The position numbers and the translations under genes are program-made. A stretch of DNA of 64,000 bases from assembly GCA_030390025.1 (NCBI GenBank), contig CM059431.1, forward strand, positions 110,114,001 to 110,178,000. Reading direction: 5' to 3'. A model generated the notes under the pieces. The model saw only the letters and a program-made list of their open reading frames with translations, was not told where the DNA came from and did no database searches. The DNA is from Squalus acanthias (taxonomy: Eukaryota). The stretch's first letter is position 1. Every line of letters begins with the position of its first letter. Below are positions 37,260 to 48,140 of the stretch, piece after piece.

Positions 37260-37922
37260 AGGTATAGGTTATTTTTAAATTTTGAGTGCCAAGTTGCTGA
37301 ACGTGCGAGCTGATAACTGCGCAGAAAGGGAAACTGGGCATCTGGGACCTGAGTGAAGAGGACAAGCAACTGTGTATCATCTTAACCAATTGGATTGAAG
37401 GAGTGTGAAATTAACCGAAGAAGAACTGAGAAGGAAGTGTAAACTAGAGTGGGTGAATTCAATGTTAAATCAGGTACAGAAAGAAAGATTGGAGAGAGGA
37501 CAAAGGAAAAGTATTTTTTTTAATTACAAATTTTACATTTTACATTTTTAAAATCTCTAACAATTAAAACCTGAAGGAATGAGACTCCACACTTGTAATA
37601 GTTAATATTCAGTGCCAGAGATGTTGACTGGTAGTACTTAACACTTATCACATTGTTAAAAGGATACTTAGACTTGACTTAACGTTCTGTGGAGAGTTTA
37701 GATTTTACCTACCGTGCAAGTACAGCAACATCACGCAATTCAATGCATTTCAATGGTGAGGCAGACAGCAAAGCTAATGACGGAGCAGCGCATCTCAGAC
37801 AGCAACTTTTGGATTTCCGCGTTTAATTGCGCATCTGCCCTCACCTGAAGTTGTAGCATTTGCGCCTAAATAACGACAAGCGCTAATAGCCTCACCGTGA
37901 CTTGAACAGCAAATTATGGGCC
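37260..37922 (-). mobile_element. Harbinger-type non-autonomous repeat, inverted relative to 33963-34451
   Basis: Ends GCAAATTATGGGCC; left boundary approximate. Confidence 0.7.
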
Positions 37923-38385
37923 AATGTTTTCAGACTGAGCTAGCTCCCATAGCAGTTTGATCAATACTGACTGGGCAGGGAGGAATACAACCCCATTCAA
38001 TTAAGTGGGGTACATTACTGAGCCGTGGTGCAAGAAAGCCCAGAAATGTCCCTGTGCTGGAGTATAATGCGGTTATATTGGACAGGCAGCAGTAAACTCT
38101 GTGAGGATGGATGGAGAGCTCCAACATAGCATTCATTTAGTAATTCCAGTAGTGTTAGAATTTTGGGCACGTTCAGAAAAAATGTATAGAACTGGGCCTT
38201 ATTTGTTACAACCCCTCCAGCATTTGTCCAGAGGCCTAGGATTCCATTTGTGCAGATGATAGAGGTACGATAATCCATCTCTCTGTTTGTTGCAGGTGGA
38301 GATTGTATGCTTTGCAGATGGATTCCCACTCATTGTCAGTTTTGTTCTTTCAGTATTTCTTTTCTACACTGCTCTTGCAATATTT

Positions 38386-40570
38386 AGCCTAGAAATTTGC
38401 AGTGTTTGCACTGGCCGTTAATTCCCGTTTTTTTGGGGGGGGAAATGGCAGCCGCCTCACTTCTGCCCACCTCCGGCGTGGGACACGGCAGCCGCCATTT
38501 TGGTAAGGGCCATAGCACTGCTGTTGGCAGTGCTGGCCTTTGAAATGTAAATGAGCAGAGCGTGATGTCAGTCGGCACGCAACGCTGAGTTGACACCACA
38601 ACTGCAAACTTCGACCTTTTCGCTCTGTTTACCGCCGGATCCTAAGCACGCTCAGAAAAGCGTGCGTGAAGCAGCCCCGCAGGGACGCTGTCAGCGCTTC
38701 TTAAAGTGGCACACACATCTTTAGTTCAGTTTGGATTTAAGCTTTCGGACTTTTAAAAAATATTTTATTGAAATAGTGGCTTGTGCAATAAATGTTAAAG
38801 GTTTTTAAAGTGTGCAGGGAGTGCTGCTGGACGCTTGCAAGGCTTCTGATGGTAAAGGAAGACCTCTGAGAAGACAGGAAATGCTGGAAATACTCAGCAG
38901 GTCAGGCAGCATCCATGGAGAGAAAAACCGAGTTCACATCCCAGGTCGAGCTGCTGCCTGACCAGCTGAGTATTTCCAGCATTTTCTGCTTTTATTTCAG
39001 ATTTCCAGTATCCGCTGGCTGAGGGAAGAGGAAGACGCCGAAGAGGAGGAAGCAGAAGGAAGAATGCAACTCAGACAGCCCCTTTCTGGCCGGGATATCC
39101 GGGATGGAATTATCCACCTGCGGTACCAGTGACCACAACCCCAATTCCCCTTTCAGCATTTGTCCCACACCTTACCTTCCCTCCCCTCTGTTACTGACCA
39201 TCACAGCATCCTCTTGGCCACAATACTGAAATAAAAGCCACCACAAAGCAAACTTTCCAATCCAACTTTATACATCTATCCATCCAATATGATATCAAGA
39301 AATCAACTAATCATCCTTGTGCGTTCCCTTAGTGACTGTCTTGTGTGTGCCTTTGCCTATCCTACTGATGCCACGCAGTGCGACGCCAGTGGCTGCAGCA
39401 TGGCTGGTGGAAGGCTGCTGACTTTTAGTGGGGGACACGGCAGATGGCCTTGCAGGCCGACTGAGGAGCTCGTGGCTGGGAGTGTCAAATCGAATGACGG
39501 TGATCCTCGTCCTCCTTGTCGTCTTCCTCTCCCCCGCGCGCCCCCCCCCCCCCCCCAATCATCATCATCCTCTTCCTCTTTCCCCCCCCCCCCCCCCCCC
39601 CCCCGCCCCATCATCATCCTCCATCATTTCTTCATGTGTAAAATAAGGAAGGCACAAGGGTAGAGTCGTGGTGAGGGGATGGCGGGAAAGCCAGAGCTGC
39701 ATGGTTACACCATGCGCACCTTGTAAATCAAGAGATTATAGGATGAGGGGGAAGTGGGCTGTGAGAAGGAGGATCACGTATAAGGATTCCAGCATCTTGT
39801 ATCCTTTCAGCCCCGCCGCTGGCCAAGGGCTCAGCCATGCCCCTGCCAAGAATGGCCAGCACTGTCGCCTCCAAGGGGGTGAGGTGAAGCTAGGAATGGG
39901 AGTTGTGCCTCGAGTTTGTTGGTAGGTGAATGATTGGGGTGGGGGGGGGGCGGTCGTGCAGTGAGTAATGTGTGAGGATAGTGGCGCAGTTGGTAGGAGA
40001 TGGTTTTTGAAGATGCATTCACTGACCTTGACCACTGGTTTGAGGTCATGAAGCCTCTTTGGGCACTGGAGCCAGGTCGTGGGGGCGGCACTGCTGGCAG
40101 TGACGGCCTCGGTGATCTGGTCCCACATCGTTCTTTCTGGAGGGGCTCCTGGCCCCTGTGGGTAGAGGACCTCTCTTGCAGTGTTGACCCCCTGCACAAA
40201 GCTGGAGTGCTGCATGCGAGACCCTGGCTGCCCCTTCCCCAGCTTGTTGAGTCATTTGTGTTAGTGCTGAAACGTTTTTACCATTTTTTTTAGGTGTGGA
40301 TGGCAGTTCAGCTTTAAGGGACCGACACTGCTTCCAAAAATGCCAGCTTTGCTTTAAGACAACGCTGCTCTTGCTCCAGGGACGCTACGGCCACGCTACG
40401 TTGAGTACCGCCGGAAAACCAGTCTTGAAGGATAGGTTTAGCGCGCCGCTAATTTAAATTGGCAGGCGGCACCAAAATACTGGTGCTACCTGCACTATTA
40501 TTTTGGGCAGCCGTTAACTTCAGCCTGCGGTGGCACCAGCAGGTTTCCAGACTACTCCAATTTCTAGACT
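38386..40570. mobile_element. Internally deleted Harbinger element (transposase 3' tip on +, Myb exon 1 on -) with a Penelope fragment at ~38870-39015
   Basis: TIRs AGCCTAGAAATT / AATTTCTAGACT; ORF 39736-40215 (-) contains REVLYP...WDQITEAV...TTWLQCPKRLHDL; acidic end EEEAEG...RDGIIHLRYQ* at ~39020-39132; TSD not exact. Confidence 0.7.
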
Positions 40571-41233
40571 TGAGTGTTTTCTGGACACATCGGTAAAGCT
40601 AATGTATCCATACCAAACTAGATTTGTCGTGTCTTCTTTGGGGCAGAGATAGAAAGTTCTGTAGTGTTGCGAGTGGATGAGCAATTCTGTAAGAGTTAGA
40701 ATGGTTTGATAGGCAATGTTTTTTGTAGCAGATGCAAAAAGCTGGGTACTGTATTAGCAATGTGTGCAATCTACATCTTTAAAGTGGAGTACTTGCCATT
40801 TCCTTGAAAGGTTAATTAAAAAGAATGTTTTGTAGTTACCGTCAGTAGTCCCTTCATCAAACCACAGAACTAACAGTCTAAATACTCGCTGATGATTGAT
40901 GGAATTCATTGAAGAATTATCTTTAATTGAGGCTAATCAATATTTTGGGTTGAGAGGTATGAGCATATCTTACAAAATGCATTAAATCACTTTTTTTAAT
41001 ATTTATCGGGTTGTTGATCTGTCTTTAGATTGTTGCTTCAATCCACCCACCAAGCGATCCACCATTCTTTCTTTCTCTCCCTTTCAAAAAAGTTGATTTG
41101 TAATTGTTTTGTGTTTATTTTCAGGGCTGTTGAACTTTAGGTGATTCAGTGAATGTTTTAATAATGTTACATAATTAGATTGTTAGTAAAAGTAATTATT
41201 AACGAGATTTTTTCTCTTATTTTCTTTCTCCAG

Positions 41234-41364
41234 CTTGCAAATGCCAACGCCTTGCTTAATCAAGCGCAACAGCCTTACAGCTATCTTATTGAGACTGTGC
41301 GCCAGAGAGACGCTCAGATCGAGACATACAAAGAACATCTTTCACAACTGGAGAATGAAGTCTG
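41234..41364 (+). CDS. PIBF1: PIBF1 coding exon ([43 protein letters not shown](C))
   Basis: Strong polypyrimidine tract with CAG ending at 41233; donor GTAAAT at 41365; phase 0 to phase 2. Matches PIBF1 [20 protein letters not shown]. Confidence 0.95.
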
Positions 41365-41389
41365 GTAAATATCAAGAATTATTAGCTTA

Positions 41390-41845
41390 ACCAGAACTGA
41401 GAGGTTATACCTATCAGGAAAGATTGAACAAGCTGGGGCTGTTTTTTCTACAAAAGAGAAGACATATGAGTGACCTGATAATGGTCTTTAAGATTATGAA
41501 AGGGTTTGATGGGGTAAACGTAGAGAAGATGTTTCCACTTGCGGGCGGGACCAGAACTAGGGGCCATAGATATAAGATAATCACTAATAAATCCAATCGG
41601 AATTTCAGGAGAAACTTCTTTACCCAGAGAGTGGTTAGAATGTGGAACTCGCTACCACAAGGAGTAGTTGAGGCGAATAGCATAGATGAATTTAAGGGGA
41701 AGCTAGATAAGCACATGAGGGAGAAAGGAATAGAACAATACCTTGATGGGGGTTAGATGAAGTAAGGCGGGAGGAGGCTCGTGTGGAGCATAAACACCGG
41801 CATGGACCTGTTGGGCCGAATGGCCTGTTTCTGTGCTGTAAACAC
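41390..41845 (+). mobile_element. CR1 LINE 3' fragment
   Basis: ORF 41424-41756: LGLFFLQKRR...TRGHRYKI...RRNFFTQRVVRMWNSLP. Confidence 0.88.
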
Positions 41846-41848
41846 TTT

Positions 41849-42626
41849 GGGCTGGATTTTCTCAATGAAGGCGCATTGGGGGTGGGACTGCTGGTTGTCG
41901 GGTTTCAGTCCCGCCCCCAACGACGTCCGGCCAACCCACGCTATTTTCCCTTGATTGACCTTGTTAAGTCTGCCCTGCGGGCTTAACCGGCCAATAAAGG
42001 GAAAGCCGGTGACAGAGGACGTCAGCTTTGAGAAGCTGTCAAACACTGACAATCTCCGTTCTAAGGTGAGGCCTTGCACAAAGACTCACCAAAACCTCTT
42101 TCCTCAGCAGAAATCAGATGGCTGCTGCATCTGAGAATGCAGCAGCCATTCTGTCATCTCTGCCGTTGAGATGAGGCACCTCTGGATCCCCAAGGGTTGA
42201 AGCCTGCAGGAAGAAGCAAAGGTAAGTAAACTTTTTCTAAGACTTTACACTCACCTCTCATACTTACCTCTCTCCACAGTTGCACCCATCACTCACCTCC
42301 ACAGCGGACTTTTCGATCCCTCTCACCCCCACAGACCCACTGCTCGCCTCGCTGACCCTGGCGAGGTTCACAGCCGTCGGGAAGCCCGCACTCGCAGGGG
42401 TAAAATGGGGATAAACCTCAAAACTGCCTGTTAACTACCTGTTAACAGGCAGTTAATTGGCTATAATCCCCTTCCCGCCTCGAGGAGACGGGTCCCTGCG
42501 CGAGTTGGGGACCCGCCTCCCGGGAAGATGGCACAGAGGCGGGTTGGGAGCGGGTTCGGTACCCGCTCCCAGTTTCTGCCATTTTCCCGGCAGACCCGCC
42601 TCCCCAGGGCTGGGAAAATTCCCCCC
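41849..42626. mobile_element. Harbinger-family MITE
   Basis: Ends GGGCTGGATTTTC / GGGAAAATTCCCCCC; TSD TTT. The reverse complement of its right end matches the left end of 29524 (AATTTTCCCAGCCCTG.GGAGGC). Confidence 0.85.
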
Positions 42627-42969
42627 TTTGTAATACTTGTAATAATGTAAAATAATTTCAGTCCTTTTAAAACAAAAACCTTGCGCTGGATTTCCCTTTG
42701 ATTTACTGCCTGTTCTTGCCTTCCACCCAAACCTGAACAAAATTATTACCGCAGCTTAAGTGGGAGTATGAACTGTAGAATGCTATTCCTGAGGTGGATA
42801 CCACATTGAGGAGGCCGTTTTGTTTGCTGGCGCTGAAGATTTGTTCTTTCGTTGCCTGAAGATTGATTTTAGCTGTTTGGTCCTCTGGAGGATCTGTCAT
42901 GTCTTTTATTGCCCTGTTTAGGTCTTCAGAAGATATAATTGTGGACTTACCAATTAGAATCCCTCTGTT

Positions 42970-44460
42970 CCTATGTTTTGAGGAGGAGGAGGAGATGCAA
43001 GAGGATAAAATGGAGGTTCTCTGAGTGAGGCATCACAACAGATGTATGTTTCCTACATGAAGATACCCACTCACCAGAGTTTACAGACCAATTTGGTCTT
43101 GCTTAGATTTTTCTGCATGCCACTGCCTCAGAAGGTTGTGCTTCCTCACCAGAGGTAACTGGGGTGATATGTCAACAGCTGGCTACTTCCGTCAGACAAA
43201 CAACATGGGCTGGATTTTGATACTGGGGCGGGTTGGGGTCGTGTTATCCACTTTTCGTGTTATCCACCCGACTGCAATTGGATGTGGGAGATTGATGCGA
43301 TTTTCACCTAATTGGGCAATTGAGTTCCAGCATGTGGGAACCCATGAACCAATTAGTGTTTTCAGTCTGAAAGTCGCCTCTGATGATGTCATCATTGCTG
43401 CTGCATTGAAGGTCTTCAAACATTGCCTGGCCTTTGCTGTGAGAGGACCTGGATGCAAAATGAGCAGCAGCAGCCCTAAGTCTGCTCCCAGATATTTTTT
43501 ACCAGAGAGAGAGAGAGAGAGAGATCTCCAGCCACCCAAATGTGCTCCCGCCAGGTTTCACAATCGTGGTTCAGAACAGGCGTGCTTCACGTAGAACAAG
43601 GGTTAAAATCACACAGGCCTTTCAAAATGGCATTATAGAGCCAATTTAGTGCTTGTTAAGGGCCTTAACAGCCTATCTCGTCTCTTAAAGGCGGGACGCA
43701 GTCGGGACCATCAGACACAATTTCATGAAAATTGCGTGGAGGCGGACTTGTGCCCTCCCGCCAGTTTTCGCAATTTTAACCCCCCACACGCCTCCACGGG
43801 TCAATGAAAATCCAGCCCCATGTCTCTACCACTCAAAGGCACCACTGCCATGAATTTCTTTGCGACTAAATCATTCCAGGCAGCAGCAGGTGATGATTGC
43901 CACATTAGTCAGGCAGCAACTCACCATTTCATGAAGAAAGTGTCTGATGCTCTATTCAGGCAGGCCACTAATTTTATATACATCCCAACAAACCAGAGAA
44001 ACATAGAAAATTACTACAGACTGGCAGGGTTCCCACAGCTGCAAGAAGCAACTGACAGAATGCATGTGACATTCATAGCCCCATATGACAACCCCCTCAA
44101 TTTTGTGAACATGAAAGGCTTTAAATCGATTAATATGCAGCTACTGTGCAATGTCAGTCACCTTATCCTGCACGTGAATAAAGTGCCATCGAGCAGACTA
44201 CAGATATTCTGAAGTCTCATTTTAGGTGTTTAGATCAATCCAGTGGAGCCGTGCAATACAGCTCAGCAAGAGCCTCCAGAAGCATTGTAGCTTGCTGCTT
44301 ACTACATCACATTGCGATGAAGAAAGGCTTGCTGCTTCTGGAAGCTGAACAAGTTGATGATGAAGGGGTGGGGGTGGTGGGAGGACCTCAATCTCCACAG
44401 CATGATGAAGGGTGTACAGGAGAAGTAGGATGTGGATCAAGACATGTATGAAAATATTGT
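42970..44460 (+). pseudogene. Older decayed Harbinger transposase, interrupted by MITE 43207-43818
   Basis: RVYRP, AMNFFATKSFQAAAGDDCHISQ, LAGFPQLQEATDRMHV, NMKGFKSINMQLLCN, IVACCLLHHIA. Confidence 0.8.
43207..43818. mobile_element. Harbinger-family MITE, copy B (inverted relative to 18370-19014)
   Basis: TIR GGGCTGGATTTT / AAAATCCAGCCC; TSD CAT. Confidence 0.92.
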
Positions 44461-44699
44461 CAAGACTTTGTAGAAGTCGTGTGCTGCATGCGGTTTATTT
44501 CTCCTGTCATATAAAGCCACAGGAACTGCAGTACCTCAGACAATTTTTCCAAATGTCACATTAGAGAGAATATTAGGTTATCAAACATTCTGCAATCGAA
44601 CCCAGCCAATCTACATTTTTAATTCCATTTTTAGGCTTCCCAAGGGCTTGTATTGAGTCACATTGGCAATGGATGACAGATTCCAGAAATCCAGCTTCT

Positions 44700-45200
44700 T
44701 GCTGACAAAAGGTTTTGGTGGCAGTGGGAGTGATGTACATATTCTGCCAGGTGAAGTTGCTGACATGGAAATAAACAGTCTTAGTGGTGGATAGGATGTG
44801 GGGTTTGCAACTCAGCTCAGGGTTGGATAGGACACCAAAGTTCTGCACAGTCTGATTCAGCCTGCGTGAATGACAAAGGAGCAGAGTGGCTTTGGTGGTC
44901 TACCCCAGGTTCAGCTAGAGGAAATTTTGAGTCACCCACTATTAAATTCAGGTAGTCTGCTGGTACAGAGGTGGTCGTAAGATGAAGGAAGGTGATGGAG
45001 GAAGAGCTGGGTGTCCTGTGGAAGCTGATCCCATGCAGTTATAGACGATCTCACTGAGGCACAGCTGAGGATCAGAAGGGGACCAATGATAGATCCTTGA
45101 GGAATGACTATGCAGGGGCAGGAAGAGAAACCATAACTCAAAATACACTGGCTGAGTGCAACCATGCAAAGGCAGACCCATGTAGCTGAACAACAGGAGA
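44700..45200 (-). mobile_element. Old L2-like RT fragment
   Basis: IPQGSIIGPLL; LSNPELSCKPHILSTTKTVYFH. Confidence 0.6.
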
Positions 45201-45669
45201 TTAATGAAAACTTTTTTTTAAAAAGTGCAATTTAAAAATATGTTCTGAGCCATGCTAAATGTAACCACTTGGAAACTAAATACATCCATAATTTTATATG
45301 AATCAAAAGCTCAGTCCTGGCCTGAATCCACATTCATCACTGGTGCCAACTTTTCACTGTAACTTTAAAGGACAGCTCCAAACTATTTATAATTGTGGAT
45401 AAACGCAAAGGTCACTTTGTAGTGAGTTTTTATCTGTGTCCAACTAACCACAACTGGTGGTGCCAAAAAATTACAAGTGACTTTTGATGAATACTATTTT
45501 TTCTTCTTTGTACCTCGAGCATTTCTTTTCCTATGATATCTGGAAAGTAGTTTTACGGGCCAATGATGGCCAATTTATATTCTAGATTATAGACAAAGTT
45601 ATGAGTAAAAGAACATGTTGTGTGGTATGATTTCTTTTTAATTTTCTACTTTTGGCACTCAGCGTCAGA

Positions 45670-46030
45670 ATTGGCTATTCTCAGATCAGGTTACATGTAG
45701 AGTAAAGCTCTTTGTACTTTGCCACACCAAAGTGTTTTAGCAGTAACGCAGAAGAATGGCCCTTACTGCACCACTGAGAATTTTATGCTACTCTCACCGG
45801 CCATCCTTGTGGCTACTCTGAATATTAATGCCCAGTTACATGCCATTTTGTGTGTTAGATCACACTCGCCTGGAACTGGGTTGAGATTGTCCAAACTCAG
45901 TTCACTTAGAACTCGTTCAGCTGACATAGAGAGAGGAGATTTTCATCCCATCAGTCTGGGCTGGATTTGAACCCATATCCCAGAGAGAAAAGTCAATCTG
46001 GTAGCCTCTCTGCCATCCAGTCCTGCTGAA
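45670..46030 (-). mobile_element. tRNA-derived SINE resembling LF-SINE
   Basis: Minus strand GGGTTCAAATCCAGCCCAGACTGATGGG...GTGAACTGAGTTTGGACAATCTCAACCCAGTTCC; head fragment also at 51845-51920 (+). Family name from recall. Confidence 0.5.
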
Positions 46031-46907
46031 ACATATTGTAATTTGGTTGGAATGGGTACCAATATGAGTTTGAAGAGAGTCTACACTTCTTTTATGAATC
46101 CATATAGTAGAGTAGTTGGGTGCTCACTAGCAGAGAAGAAACTTTCAAATAGATTTCCCTATTGCTGTTGTTTAGTGTGATGTTAACCTATTTAAAGTGA
46201 ATGGATTAATGCTGCTGTTAAAGTGGAAAAACTAGGCTTTTATATCTACTACGTTGCACTACCCATATTGGGACAGGAGTACATTCCATCAATTCCAATA
46301 GTACACTTGAGCACATTCTTCAAAAAGAAAAGTTCAAGATGGTTACAGTGCCACAATTATTTCAGACAATCTGCCCTGGAACTAGATTCTACTTCTATAT
46401 GAAAGATGTTTCCATTTAGAATCATGCAGCATAATAGTTGGTCAAAGAAATAGCCAGAAGTATAAGCACATTGCTTATTGAGAGAACCTTTTTCAAACTC
46501 ATAGTTATACTGTGTGACCAAACAATGTCATATCTCTAAAAGCGATTCCATTTTTACATGGAATATGTGAATTAGATTTCATCCCACAAAATGTATATTT
46601 GTGTTGATCAAAACATTCATCTTGGTGCAATGGTTTCAGTATACCTGCCTAACAATGAGCAAACTGGTTCCCCCTACACCAGCATTTGTTTCCCTCCTCT
46701 ACCCCAGGGATATTGCCATAGCTGACATCAATTAATGTCACACATACGAGATTTCAAATTAGTACCTCCTTGCATATATGTCAACTGTCAGCATTTCACA
46801 CTGATGGTCAATGTTTTGAGGGCCTCGTCAGTGTGTGATGATAGTATTCGCTGACAAAAATCAGCGTGGGCTGGGCCTTTGCCCCTTCGGACCCGCACCT
46901 ACCCAAG

Positions 46908-47688
46908 TCTATCCACTTGGGTAGGAAAAATAGAAAAGCAGAGTATTTTTTTAAATGGTGAGAGAGTGGGAAATGTTGGTGTTCAGAGGGACCTGGGTGT
47001 CCTTGTACACGAATCACTGAAAGTTAACATGCAGGTACAGCAAACAATTCAGAAAGCAAATGGTATGTTGGCCTTTATTACAGGAGGATTTGAGTATAAG
47101 AGTAAAGACGTCTTACTGCTTATATAGGGCCCCGTTGAGACCACACCTGGAGTATTGTGTACAGTTTTGGTCTTCTTACCTGAGGAAGGATATACTTGCC
47201 ATAGAGGGAGTGCAACGAAGGTTCACCAGATTGATTCCTGGGATGGGGGGATTGTCCTATGAGGATCGATTGAGTAGACTAGGCCTATATTCTCTAGAGT
47301 TTAGAAGAATGAGAGGTGATCTCATTGAAACATACAGGGCTTGACAGGGTAGATGCAGGGAGGATGTTTCACCTGGCTGGGGAGTCTAGAACCAGGGGTC
47401 ACAGTCTCAGAATAAGGGGTCGGCCATTTAGGACTGAGATGAGGAGAAATTTCTTTACTCAGGGTGGTGAATCTTTGGAATTCTCTACCCCAGAGGGCTG
47501 TGGAGGCTCAGTCGTTGAGTATATTCAAGACAGAGATCGATAGATTTTTGAATATTAAGGGAATCAAGGGATATGGGGATAGTGCAGGAAATTGGAGATG
47601 AGGTAGAAGATCAGCCATGATCTTATTGAATGGCGGAGCAGGCTCGATGGGCCAAATGGCCTACTCCTGCTCCTATTTCTTATGTTCT
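46908..47688 (+). mobile_element. CR1 LINE 3' fragment
   Basis: QRDLGVLVHESLK, RPHLEYCVQFWS, LYSLEFRRMRGDLIE; tail CCTATTTCTTATGTTCT. Confidence 0.9.
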
Positions 47689-48056
47689 AAAGTCTTGTTG
47701 CTAATTGACCAAACCAGATATCCCAAGTGCTAATGGCAAGGGCCCCAGTTTTCTCTGTTGGCACCTACCATACCATAACTTGTATTTACCCACTGGTGAT
47801 CTACTTCAAAAAATATTTTAACATTTATGTTGGATGCACACATTAAACCTGGACTGTCATATCTTTCAGACCTACCCGAAATTGGATTTTTTTTTTATTC
47901 AGCTGTGAATCTGTTTTGCAAAGATTGAACTTTAGTTGAACTTGAACTTAAACTGGAATTTGTTTGCCAGGACTGTTGCAAGTCCCAGTCAGAGAACCTA
48001 CAAATCATCACTAACCGTATTATGTTAGTTTAAAATGTATATAATATAATTAATAT

Positions 48057-48140
48057 ACAACAACGACTTGGATTTATATAGCGCCTTTAACGTAGTAAAA
48101 AGTCCCAAGGCGCTTCACAGGAGTGTTATAAGACAAAAAA
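48057..48140 (-). mobile_element. L2 3' tail fragment
   Basis: CAACAACGACTTGGATTTATATAGCGCC...CCCAAGGCGCTTCACAG; same tail as at 62253. Confidence 0.7.
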
